A stretch of 64,000 nt of DNA from Octopus bimaculoides (Eukaryota): the NCBI RefSeq assembly GCF_001194135.2, contig NC_068992.1, forward strand, positions 66,289,427 to 66,353,426, read 5' to 3'. Position numbers and translations under genes: made by a program. This document shows, one piece after another, positions 1-13,100 of this stretch; position 1 is the first letter of the stretch; each line of letters starts with the position of its first letter. Under the pieces are notes generated by a model that saw nothing but the letters and a program-made list of their open reading frames with translations, made no database searches and was not told where the DNA came from.

Positions 1-348
1 AACAATGGTTTCAAACTGACAGTAGTCTTAATGCCCTGAGGCTGTAGATTTTCATATAGTGCATGTGTGTCTGTGTGTGTAGCATTGAGAACCGTAAATA
101 TATATCAGCATCACTGTCATCTTTAATATTTACTTTTCCATTCCTGTATGAATCAGAATTTGTGGGGAAAGATTTTTCTACAGCCAGATACCCTTCCTAT
201 TGTCAAATAAGGTAATATTTCTCCATGGCTAGACATGTTTTCATGGAAGACTGAATATTTATGACACTTTGTCCAACAGTGGTGCCCAGTTACATTTGTA
301 ATGTGATCTCAACACAAGGAGGCACACGCATGCACGCGTGCCTCCATA

Positions 349-830
349 TTCTTTTACTGGTTTCAGTCATTTGACTGTGGCCATGCTGGAGTACTGCCTT
401 CAGTCAAACAAATTGACCCCAGGACTTATTCTTTGTAAGCCTAATACTTATTATATCAGTTTCCTGTTGAACCGCTCAGATACAGAGACGTAAACACACC
501 AACATTGGTTGTTGAGTGATGGTGGGGAACAAACACACACACACATATACACGACAGGCTTCTTTCAGTTTCCATCTACCAAATCCACTCAGAAGGATTT
601 GGTTGACCCGAGGCTATAGTACAAGACATTTACCCAAGGTGCCACACAGTGGGACTGAACCTAGAACCATGTGGTTAGAAAGCAACTTTCTTGTCACCCA
701 AATCCACTCACAAAGCTTTGGTTGGTTGGGGGCTCTAGTATAAGGCACTTGCTTGCCCTAAGTGCCATACAGTGGGACTGAACCCAAAGCCATATGCTTG
801 TGAAGCAAACTTCTTAATTACAAAGCCATG
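349..830 (-). mobile_element. tRNA-derived SINE, family A (duplicated head)
   Basis: Reverse complement of the family A consensus; the cttgggcaag/gtgggactgaacc head segment occurs twice (about 600-700 and 740-815). Confidence 0.75.
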
Positions 831-912
831 ATGATGTGTCTGTATGTAAAAGATTTTATGTATGTGCATATGTGTATGTATCTATGCATATATACATGTG
901 TGTGTATGTATG

Positions 913-961
<49 letters not shown>

Positions 962-2165
962 GTGTGTGTGTATAGAGTGAGAGGGTGGTAGGATTTTGAG
1001 TGGAGCTGCATCAAATCTATTTAGAATTGGAATGTCTCCAGCCAGAGCTGAGAGGAAGGCCAATATTCTCCATTGCAGCTTTTCACACAGTGCTTTGGAT
1101 GTGTTTACACCCATTCACCTGGAAATAGAATATTAAGCACTTTCCATCAGGAGGGAAGCTGTTGGAGGTAAAGAATTTTTGCAGTGGAATAGAGAAGAGG
1201 GAGTAATGATGTGGTGATAGTGAGGAGTAATGAAAGAATCTATGAGAGAGTGAGGGGGAAGGGGAAGAGATGTGTAGACTTGGTTTATTGCTTTATATTC
1301 TAGAAATTATGCTGCTATGAATGTATCTGGTGATGGAAATAGAAGACAAGATGTGGAGAAGAAAGAGAAGATAGGAGTCTGACAGATAGAGAAGACAGAA
1401 GACAGGGCGGGCGGGGAGGCAGACTGGGGGAGGAGGAGATAAAGACTGAATTAAAAGGGGGAAAAAAAGACTAAAGATGAGTGGAGGGGGTGTGAGTAAA
1501 GGAAACAGCAGACAGAAAGAGAAGAAGAAGAGAGAAGGAGAGAGATGGTGATGAAGTGGGGAGAGGAGAGACTAGGGAGAAGCTGAGAGTGGAAGATGGT
1601 TGGCTGCTTTGAAAAGGAACTAATTCATGTGTAACACAGAAATTACTAATGGGATTTTGCAATGAAAGTGAGGCATGTTGTGAGGGGTGGGGGCGGGAGA
1701 GTGAGAGAGTCTTTGAATCAGACTAGGTAAAAGTGTCATATTCTTGTGAGGTTTCAGCCATGTCTCTGCAGGTCAGGATGGCAGTGTGTGTGTGCGCGCG
1801 CGCGTGTGGTTTATTGAAATTGAAATCTCTTTCTCTACACCAGTTATTGAGCCCTCTCTTCCCCTTTTGTTTGTTGTTGTTAAACTAACACTTCAGTGTT
1901 ACTGTTCGTCAACATGCTCTTTACTTCCATTCTTTTAATGTTGACATAGAGTTTCTCAGCACGACTAAATTATATGATTATTAATAAAAAGACATACCTT
2001 AAACAATTTATATTATCCCCTCCTCCTCCAAAATATCCCACTGTGTTGTGCATTATTAATTAATCCATAGTGTCATTGCCTGCACTACTATATAAATGAG
2101 ACAGCCCCATTTAATTCCTCTACACTATAAATAGCTTATAACCCCTCTGTGGAGATGGGTATGCT

Positions 2166-2210
2166 TTTTTCTGATGAAGGAAGGTTTAATGAGATTAGAA
2201 ACTAGTCAGA
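2166..2210 (+). ncRNA. Degenerate minimal hammerhead motif, second family
   Basis: CTGATGA (2171-2177), 20 nt, then GAAAC-TA-GTC-aga with palindromic ACTAGT; stem II no longer pairs. Confidence 0.4.
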
Positions 2211-2617
2211 TTGTTCTCTTTTTCTGCCCATTTAAAAATAAAACTTGTGATAAGACTAAATTGTTTGCTTATTAAAAAATACGTGTCTTACATTTCAAAT
2301 ATATGTGTGTTTGTTAACACCTGTGATTGCTTGTACAGAAATGTGACAACAGGCAGTGCTGTTGTCCGTTTCTTCTATCAACAGAGTGTCCAGTCACTTC
2401 ATGCCTTCAAAGCCATGTGGAAAGAAAGAGATTCCTTACTTGAAAAACAATGGTTAGTGTCAGGAAGGGCATCTGGCCGTAAAAAACAATGCCTCAAATA
2501 GCATTCCTCCAACCCAAACAACCATGGGAAAACAGATGTAAAACAAGTGAATGAACAAATATCTATATACACACCTATATGTATGTATACATGTATATGT
2601 GAGTTTAATGCTATTTA

Positions 2618-2794
2618 CCCTTTAGCATTTAAACCAGCCACATCCAACCCAAATATTCTACTGGTTTTATATTCAAACCGGCCAGATCCAGCCTCTCACA
2701 TCCACCCTAGAATGTCATTCTAAAAATAAGCAACCACGTCATTGAAATCTTGAATAAGCATTACATTTGACAGAGTGATCTGAATGCTAAAGGG
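2618..2794. mobile_element. piggyBac-like MITE
   Basis: Perfect 12-bp TIR CCCTTTAGCATT/AATGCTAAAGGG; flanks ttta/ttac resemble a decayed TTAA target site duplication. Confidence 0.6.
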
Positions 2795-4209
2795 TTACAT
2801 GAAAGATAGAAGGAAATTCTAAAGGGCTGATATTTTGGGGATGAAAGGACTGAACTTCAGTGGTTAGTGCAGGGTCAGTGGAGAAGTGGCCATAAGAAGG
2901 ATGAAGAGAGGAGTGAGTTGGGAATGCTTGAGTGGAAACGGTAGGAGACTGATCAGGCTCTGAGAAACAGAGGTCATTGCAGTTGCCAAAGGAAAGACAG
3001 AGAGAGGCGACAGAACAGCCGTGGCCCTGAGACTGAAATGTGTTTTGTCAGTTGCCTATCCTTTCTCTGGTTGCAGCTCAAGATGTTTGTGTAGATAGCA
3101 GCTGTGCTGTCTCAGACCTGAAAGCAGTAATTCACTGGGGGCCTTGAACCTTGTACAGTGTCAGCTGTTATTGAGAAATTTGAGGACTTCATTGATTATG
3201 AACATAAGGTCCTAAATATTCATTGTCATCATCATCATCATCATCATCATCATCACAACATCTATTGTTAATGTTGAGCAGGTTTACAGTTCAGCAAATT
3301 GCTGCTTGTCTATTGTATCTCACGCAATGCCTACCTTCAGTAACTTCCTCACTTGTGTGCATATGCATGTCTGCACACGTGCGCGCATGCACACACACAG
3401 AGGCTTGGTAACAAACACCATGCTTTCACTGATTGATATTGGCCCTTATGTTGTTGGAAGCAGACATAGACACTCCCTCCCTCCTCACTTAGCAAAACGT
3501 CATCCAGGTTGTGACAGCTGAAGATGGAGAGAGAGTAAGAGAGATGCACCCAACTGGCTTTCATTACAGCTGAGCAGGTCGGAGCAACATGAGGAGAGGT
3601 GCCTTGCTCAAGGACGCAACATGCCATTCGGTCCAGGAATTGAATGCATGGCCTTAAGATCATGAGCTAACACTTTAATCACTAGACCTTGATTGTGTGT
3701 GTGTGTGTGAGAGAGAGAGTGAGAGAGAGAGAGAGAAACAAGCAAACAAAGAGAGAGAAAGAAAGGATTATGTTTTCCTAACATTTTCTCTAAACATTGT
3801 ATTTAAACCCTGTTGTGGTCATTCAAACATAGAAACCATTGGAAATAGTCAAACTCACATTATTGTTACTAAAACTAATTAAAGAGTTCCATATAATTTA
3901 AGCAAGTTAGTCCAGGGCCAATAAGCAATCGTTAAGACAATACTTCCACTAATGATGACCAACAATACACAAACACTTGCAGTTGTCACCCTTGCTTTCT
4001 TAACCAAACTGAAAAATAGCTAAACTAAGATTTTATTCTGATCTGTATTTAACCATACTGAGGTCCCATCTATTATTTATGCACCTCTACTGTACATTAG
4101 GTACACAGTGCATTTATTATTCCTACCTAGCCCTTTCCTACCCATAGAATAGATTCCCTGTGGAAAGGGTCACTATCATAAGGTGGTCATTCAACCTTCA
4201 CTTTCTTAT

Positions 4210-4241
<32 letters not shown>

Positions 4242-4796
4242 TGTCTCCCTGGAAGTTGCCTGTATGGCCATAATAGATAAGAGCTCTTTTGTCTTTTATC
4301 TGTTACTTGTTTCATTCAGTAGATTGCAGTCATGCTGGAGCACCGCCTTCAAGAATTTTAGTCCAACAAATCAACCCCAGTACTTTTTTTTCTTTAAGCC
4401 TTGTACTTATTCTATCAGTTCTTTTGCTGAATCACAAAGTTATTAAGCTTACTCTAAAAAAAATGCTCCCAGTTCAAATCCGATTGGTCACCATTTTGAT
4501 GCCATATTCCTGGATCTGTACTTTGTTTAAATTTAAATCACTTAAAAAGACAAAGTTTACATCATTGAACCAGCCAGAGTTGCTCTCAAGGCAGGTTGGG
4601 AATCTTTCCATGTCTAAAGATGAGGATTTCACTCCAATAATATATTTTTACAGATATAACAAGCATGGTGCCAAAGTATGGCTAAGAAGTTCTAAGCCAC
4701 CATTTGGTTCTGAGTTCGATTCCAAGATACAGAACTTTGGCAAAGTGTCTGTCTCAGGTTGACCAGTTTGTTGAGATAGAAATTTAGCAGAATCCC

Positions 4797-4839
<43 letters not shown>

Positions 4840-5301
4840 CATGAACATTGAAGATGTCCCAGCATGGTTGTCCATAAGGATTGAAACTGATAAAACTTTA
4901 ACAGTTGTACTGTTGTTGTTTGTATGTTGCTATGGCAGTTGTTGCTGTGTTTATATGACTTGTTACTTTGTTGTTGCAATGCCTGCTTTCCTTATATTCC
5001 TACCGTAATACAAAATGTGATTGTTGTTGTTGTTGTTGTTAGGATTACTATAACACAGCTATAGCAACATAACTGTCGTGTTAGGTTGTTACTACAACAC
5101 TACCATAACACAACTGTCTTGCGGTTGTTGTTGTTCTTCTTATAAGAACCATTGAACTCTTCATTCCATTGTGATTGCTATTTACTAAGACCATGTTGCT
5201 ACAACTAGAATATTGCTGCTATATGTACTCTGGCTGTCTCATATAATAATAACCTCTCTTGTTGCCATGCTGCTATAATTGTCTGTCCTGTTTCTATCTT
5301 G

Positions 5302-5357
<56 letters not shown>

Positions 5358-5601
5358 GTATACTATTAGTGTAACTAAGAGGGAAGCTGTGGTGACAAAG
5401 CCATTCTAATTGACTCTATCATTCTTAGAAACCTATATCTTTCCCCCTCTTTTTCTTCCTGACTCTTGTTCTTATAATGGAAACTATAAATTATAACAGC
5501 TTCACAGACTCTTCACAGACTCCTCCTCCTCCACTGCTTTCTCAGCTATGCTTATGATGTCTGTCAGTAGAATATTTAAATTAGCCATCCTCCTGAATGA
5601 C

Positions 5602-5645
<44 letters not shown>

Positions 5646-7814
5646 GTTGGAGTGATTAAGAAACTTAAGATATGATTCTGTAGGATTACTGCCACTGCAA
5701 ATTTATTCTGGTTCTTGTTCTAATATTCTCTCCTTTTTCCGTATGTGTGTGTGTGTGTGTGTGTGTGTTATAGTACAAAAAGATAATAAAACAAGGCAAA
5801 GAATAAGATTCACAGTTTTTATTTCTTTATGGAATGAACTTGGCTTATAGCATGGATATTACATTTAATCTCAGATATTCATTGTCATCAGTTTGTGTCA
5901 TAGATCAAAATACAATAGTTTTATGAGAAAATATTGAAGGAAGGCTGTGAACTCTGGATTTCTGCTATTTCACTGTTTCATTGAAAGCCACACGGATGAG
6001 GGACTTGATGACACTGCTTTGTTTAAGAGAGAAGAGGTCCCAAATGGAGAAAGAATTGAATCAAAATTGTATGGTTTGGAAGGTAAGGGACAGAAAGCAG
6101 GGGTCAATGTTTTTATGCTCTACAGCTCTCATCTTGCAGTTGTTCAAGAACATCATCAACCATTTTGCTCTGGCTGCCTCTGCCAGACCTGTCAAGGCCA
6201 TGAGCACAGTCCTTCCCTTACAATAAAACCGTTTCCCAAAAAGTTAGAGTTGCTACATAGAAAGAAGTAGGGGGAGCAGCTATGGACAGAAAGTCGTTGA
6301 TTTGGGCCGGACATGTTTAGCTTTAGCTCTGCTCTAATCAAACAGGGCTGTGATCTGTGGTGCTTTCTTCTCTTCACAGACAAAGTGTCTGTAGGATGAC
6401 ATTATCCAATGGCAAACTGTTGTTTGAAGAAGATTTTACTGCTATTTTTAACAGATCCAGTGACCTCCTAGAGGCTTTGTAACTGGTTTCAGTTTAATGA
6501 ATGCGAATGGGTTGTAGTTAAATTATGAAGTATACTCCTTGAGGGGTGAACATTATATTAACTACCGGGAGAGGAAGGTGTTAACCAAATTTGGAATTAA
6601 TCTTAAGGCACCTGTAAAATATCCAGTGTTAATTCAGCTAAATCATTAGACAGTCAATTAAGTAAGAAAATTGAGCTATTTTGCTGCTGATTGGAGATGG
6701 CTGTCAAATCAGCCATGATAACCTCAAGATAATATTGCGATAAGAGATAATACAATTAGTCTTTTCCTGTTGAATTCATTACAATAGTTGCTAACTATTG
6801 ACTTGGATGATAAAATAAAATAAATATTAGTTGAACCTCAGCTATTCTAGTAACAAAATTGCATTCAATGGAATAAGAGCGAAGACTGATGGTGGTGGTG
6901 GTCGTGAGAAGAGAATAAATAAAGCCAAGCGAAACAAGGCAAACACTATAATTATCAGATTTAGATGCTATAAAGAAAGAAGCATCAAATAAAAAAAAAG
7001 TACACACACCAAACAAGTATAAACAATCGACAAAAGGCAATATCAATAGATTGAACAGGAAAAATAAACTCCATTAATTTGCTGAAAAGGAAAACCAGAT
7101 TGAGACAGTGTTGATTTCCAGGAATTGAAAATATCAAATAGAAATTCTTCATTCTGTCTGTCTTTCTTTCTTTCTGTTTTTCTTTCATTCTTCCTTCATA
7201 CTTCTTTCTTTCCACTGCCTGTTTTTCTTTTCTTTCTTTCTCTCTCTTTTTTTCTCTCTCCTTTTCTTTTGTCCTCCCTCTCTCTTACTTTCTCTATTTC
7301 TGCCATGCACACACTCTCTCTTTCCTTCCCCTGCCCCTCCTCTTTTCTCAGTCAATTATTGTTTTGGCTGCTATTCATAACACTGAGAAAAGACTGGAAT
7401 CAGTCGCATGAGTGTTGCCGTTTGCTGCTAACAATGTCTGGTGGCTTTTGTAGACAAGGATCTCTGAAACCAGAATCTGCTATGACTTCCATTCACCCTT
7501 CACTGATTTCAGGGTTACCAGTTTCGTTTTCTTAGGATTTTAACCATTCAGGTGAAACACTTTTTGGGTGGGGGGTTTCTTGGCTCCTTTATCTATTTAT
7601 GGATCTATCTATAGCAATCATTTTTCATTATATTAAAATTCATTCTGAGGTTTTGTGTGTCTGGCACAGGATTTTATTAACTTTATTAATAATCTAAGCA
7701 TTCTTTAATGCTTCATCCTCCTCCACCTTCTCTTTCCAATGATGACCACTCCTCCTCAATTTAAAAACTAATGGTATCTGTCTTCTGTGTCAATGGAGGG
7801 TTACCCTACATGTT

Positions 7815-8037
7815 CTTTTCTACTCTAGGCATAAGGCCTGAAATTTTTGGGGAGGTGGCGGTTGGGGGCAGTCGATTAGATCCACCCCAGTATGCAACTG
7901 GTACTTAATTTATCGACCCTGAAAGGATGACAGGCAAAGTCGACCTCGGTGGAATTTGAACTCAGAACGTAAAGACAGACAAAATACCACTAAGCATTTT
8001 GCCCAGCATGCTAACCATTCTGCCAGCTCTCCGCCTT
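7815..8037 (-). mobile_element. tRNA-derived SINE, family B
   Basis: Reverse complement of ggcgg.gagctggcagaat.gttagc..gttctgagttcaaattccaccgaggtcgac. Confidence 0.8.
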
Positions 8038-9260
8038 TTGAAGTTACCCTCCATGTTGGCACTGTTGGCTATCCTCCATGTCCTCAATGGTAGTGGTGGT
8101 GGTTATGCTCCATGTTTGTAGTAGGAGCTGTACCTGCTGATATAAAGGAAAAGTGTCCATGTGGTGAGGAGTGCCTGTGTCTGCTATGTTTAGTGTGGTA
8201 TCAACCTGTTTACAATTATTGGGGAACTCTGGTCAATATACGATCACTTGAGGACTTGAACTCAGCACTGCAAGCTAACAAACTAATTGCTACAAATTGT
8301 TTCTACCCTGAAGTACCTATTTGCGATAAAGTGGACAGAGCCAGTTGTCTTAGCTCCCTCTTTAGAGCAAATTGGACTGAGCCAATTAGCAAGGGGTCTT
8401 AGCTACAGATACAACACAGGGTTACAAGATGCAAACTTCTGACCATTTGGTTGATTGTCTGGTAGACTCACCACTCTGCCAGCCACACACTGTCTTGTTT
8501 AGACACTGGGATTCAGTTGCTTTTACGTATCAATTCTGAGTTCAACTCCTGCTGGAGTCAACTTCTCCCTTTCTTCACCCAGGACAGTGACAAAGTATCA
8601 ATAACAGGTGTTGAATTAGTTCAATGAATTTTGTGCCTCTCCACAAAAACATTGTCAAAGGAAATTATTAATGGAGCTGTTTCACCTTTATACACACACA
8701 CACACACACACAATCCTTCTCTCTCTCTCTATTTCCCATGCTGGCATAGGTTGAAAATGTGTGTTAATATGATGTCTGTATATGTTTAAATCGACGTGTA
8801 ATGGTATGAACAAATATGATGTCTGTAACTGCAGGGACATTGCTACTGGAAGTGTCTAAGTTATGGGATGATGGTTGGAAGAAGTTGACAAATTTGGCAA
8901 AAGGCCAGGATGTGTAGCTGTGACTGGGGAGGTTTGATAGCTTATGGCCATGCCTTATATACATTGTATGAAAAGGCAACTAACATGCTGCTGTGTGTTG
9001 TAGATAGGCAATTATCCAGTCAATTTAAGGCCACCAAGATGTCTCACCCTTGTTTAATTTAAACTGGTGCAGACTCAGTTAAATACTTTTCCCCTCAAGT
9101 TTAACCCACGGGCCAAGAACACCAGAACTTCGTCAATTCCCTCACTGGGCTTTCAGTTAATGGTTTGTTACTGAGACAAACCTGGTGTGTGGAGGTGATA
9201 TTGTAATTATTGTACTTATTTCATCTCAGAAACCCTCTGAAATGATAGATATACACATGA

Positions 9261-9647
9261 GCATGGCTATGTGGTAAAAAGTTTGCTTCCCAACCACATG
9301 GTTCCAGGTTCAGTACCACTGCATGACACCTTGGGCAAGTGTCTTTTACTATGGCCTCTGTCCAGCCAAAGCCTTATGAGTGGATTTGGTAGACGAAAAC
9401 TGAAAGAAGCCCGTCATGTGTGTATGTCTTTGTGTTTGTGACTGCCCTTCTCACCACCACCACTACTTGACAACCAGTGTTAGTGTGTTTATGTCCTCGT
9501 AACATATCAGTTCAACAAAAGAGACTGATTGATTTAGCACCAGGCTTTAAAAAATAAACCTTGGGGTCAATTCATTCTGCTGAAACTTCTTCAAGGTGGT
9601 GCCCCAGCATGGCCACAGTCTAATGACTGAACAAGTAAAAGATAAAA
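9261..9647 (+). mobile_element. tRNA-derived SINE, family A
   Basis: gtggtaa..gcttcccaaccacatggttccaggttcagt..ccttgggcaagtgtc..ccccagcatggccacagtc..actgaacaagtaaaagat; one of at least 8 copies in the window. Confidence 0.82.
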
Positions 9648-9945
9648 TACATCAGGAATCTAATATTGGTCTACAGTGTTTGCCATGACCATATGATGTC
9701 CCTGAGCGGAATAATGGTCAGCTGAAGCAACCATCTTGGGAGAAGATATTCTTCATATTCTTCATATTTATTGATTTCTTCTTGATTAACTGTTTTGGAA
9801 TATTTCTTGTTGCAATATCTATCAGACACAAACTTAATGAAGCAATAACTGTCAGATCTTAAATACATTTGTAAATTATTTTCTTTATTGTCAAATATTT
9901 AACATTTTTATATTTATTTTCTCTTTTATTTTTTCCAAATTCCAG

Positions 9946-10120
9946 ACAACAAAACAGGAAAACTACAGTGAGGAATAAAGACAAAACCACCTTCCATCAA
10001 GTTAGCAACTTTGGTCGTGGCTCACTTCCTGCTCCCCTCCACGGAGGAAAAGATTTGCGAGAAGAGGTATCAGATTTTCAGCTCCCCTATGATATTTGGT
10101 GGATGTATAAAAACAATCAG
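9946..10120 (+). CDS. ASH1L: ASH1L exon with FxLP motif ([33 protein letters not shown])
   Basis: Polypyrimidine tract + tccag acceptor; CAG|gtaaac donor; resembles ASH1L PAP..GK.LR....DFQLPYDI. The acceptor could alternatively be at 9958 (same phase). Confidence 0.85.
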
Positions 10121-13100
10121 GTAAACCACCACCACCACCATCATCATTACCATCACCACCATCATCTGTTGTTGCTAACCCCTCCCCTCAATTGCCGTGC
10201 AAAATTAGAAGAGGTTTAGTCTGGTCTGTACAATATATTTCTTTTCTTTTCTCTACTTCTTTGTGGTTGTTTCTGTTTTATAACCATCCTCTTCAATCAA
10301 CGATTTACTTGTGTTTTCTCATCAGTTTTTCAGCTTCAATCTGCTCTCGCTACCATCTGCCACTGGCCTAGATTTCTTCTCCCTTCAATTCTTACCTTAT
10401 GACTCAGTCAAAATTACACCTGATATTTAGAATTCTTTATTGCTTTCTTTAGCTCACTTTCTCTGGCTATCCTCTACATTTTTATTCTATTACATACCTT
10501 GGCAATCAGAATCCTTTTAGGTTTGTTTTATTGTTTTTTTTTTCTCTCTTTAGCGTTACATTTCAAACAAACACACTGTTTTATATAAACACACACACAC
10601 ACACACACACACACATTACCTGGTCGTCGACACCCATTTCACTTCAGCTTCTTGTTAGATCATCAGTTTTTATCATGGTTTCGTTTGTTTTCTTGTCGCT
10701 CAGGCTTGGAATGGTCTCTTCATTTTCTGTGCCATTTATTTCTATTTTCTGCAAAACTATTTTGAGACCATTCCAGCATCCCAAACTGTTCTCATCATTC
10801 TCATCTCGGTCTATTTCTATCTCTCTGTCATTTTCTGGTAGTTCTGATTTCCTAAAGTACTATCTTGACCCCTTTCAAACAATCTGTCAGTTCCCTAGTT
10901 TAATGTCATTCAGTGCTATACATCAGGCGCAGATACTAATATCCAGCTGTCTACAAGAAAGGAGCTGCCACACTCAACAACAATCGGAATCTGGTACATT
11001 TCTTTCAGCTGTGAGCTGGCTGAATCGTTAGCATCTGAGGCCAAATGCTTAGCAGCATTTCATCTGTCTATGCCAAGGTCAACATTACCTCTCCTCCTTC
11101 TGGCGATCGATAAAATAAGTACCAGTTGAACACTGGGGTCGATGTAATCAACTTACCCCGACCCTCAAAATTGCTTCCTTGTGCCAAGATATGAAATCAG
11201 TATTACCAACCAAAGAGCTGTCACTAACCGAAGTTAAGTACCTTTGTGTACTAAATGTAGCAGTGTTTGTAAGTTGTTTTATTTCCCACCTTTTTGACTT
11301 CATCTCATTTCTTGTGCACACCTACTGATAGAGGATTAGGGTCTTTATCGATAATCTTCCCCCATAAACTGGAGCATTGATATTCACTTAGATCTGATGT
11401 CATTGCAGAGGAATTCTTTTGTTAGTTTGTCTGTTTCATTTAATGCTACGATGCACTTCCGGTCACTAACCCTTAACTGTTTTTCATCAGTTAAGGGCTT
11501 TTTATCCCAGTGAAATTTGAAAGTAAAGATCTCGCAAACAATTTGATGACTTGTGATGGGTGGCATAATGGGATCCACTTGTTTAATTACTGGTTAGTTA
11601 ATTTCCTAGTTAACTCTTGTCTTTAGTGAAGTTGAGGACTTGTGACATATGGTTCTAATACTTCAGAGAATTATTTTTGAGAAAATTCTATGAAATGTTG
11701 CATATAAAGGCTAAGAATTAGAGCTGATCCCAGAAGTTACAAAGGCCATCCTTTAGGCTAAATGAAGAATGGTGACTGGCAGCTAAGGCTGCATTGTGTC
11801 TCTGATAAACACACATGTACAATCTAGAACTCTTGCTTACTCTGTCCTCTGAACTATGGAGGACAAGCGAGTTCACTTATTTTATATACCACTGGTCAAC
11901 ATGCGTGTGTGTGCACATACACACACCTGAACTAACTTTCTGATAAATCCCTCACAGTTCAAGCAACAGTGATATCCAATCAATAGGTTAAGCAAGCTAA
12001 TTCAAGGAACCATTTATTGGTTCCTTGGCAAGGAAATATCGTGGTAGTGGGCACAGAGTACAGCCCAACAGAAGTCGGAGCTGTGTTGTTCGAGACCTTA
12101 CATTTTCACAGTTGTAAATGTCCTTTTCATACCTGATGCCAAGATTGGACATTGGGTCTTGGAAGAAAGCCACTGCTAGTCCTGTCTCAATAGCCAAATG
12201 CACAAACACGTCCTATTTATTCTTACCTGTGAGTATACCGTGAACCAGGTGCCTTTCATATTAGATCATATGTTAATATTTTTGCTTCCTAATTTGAGAA
12301 AACTTACAAGGAAGGAACACTGCCATCTTTGAATAAAGCTACATTTACTTCCCTGTGGCAGTTCCTGGGTTTGGCTTCTATGACGTGACAACCGGAAGTT
12401 CAGTATGGAATGACATTAACTTGAGTCATCGTAGGCAAGTGTCATATTTTGGATGGAAGTTGTACGGAAGGACATACTAACCCTCGAGTATACACATTTG
12501 TATGTTCATCATTGTGGTAACGGTGTCAGTTGTTTTGTTGAAAGACATTGAGTAGATGTGAAGAAAACATGGTGCATTGATGGAGTTCATCAATATACTT
12601 TTAGGGTCAATTGCAAATTGTAGATTAAAACATGTTTTAATCCCAGTTCCAGTCAAGCAGAACCATGGCACATGAAGGTATTTTATATATACATATATAT
12701 GTGTGTATGTGTGTGTGTGATTAATGAGAGAGGCGGAAGATATGAGAATGTTTATAAATTACTACAATTGTTTCGATGCATCTAGCATCAATCCCTTATG
12801 GATGGGATACTTAACAACTGCTTTAGGAGCATCTGGCAGTGTAGATGTGTCTCTTTGGGTGATAATTAGATATAACTCGTTAAAATAATGACTGTTACAC
12901 AATATATATATACACACATATATATGCGTGACTGTGTGGTAAGAAGCTTGCTTCCCAACCACATGGTGCTGGGTTCAATTCCATTGCATTGCATTTTGGG
13001 CAAGTCTTCTACTAGCCTTGGGCCAACAAAAAGCCTTGTGAGTGGATTTGGTAGACGGAAACTGAAAGAAGCCTGTCGTATGTATATATTTCTGTATTTC

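Noticed and set aside
5947-6420. Possible upstream ASH1L exon or LINE endonuclease relic
   Set aside because: No recognisable ASH1L motif or convincing splice pair; similarity to an endonuclease is too weak to call without a search.
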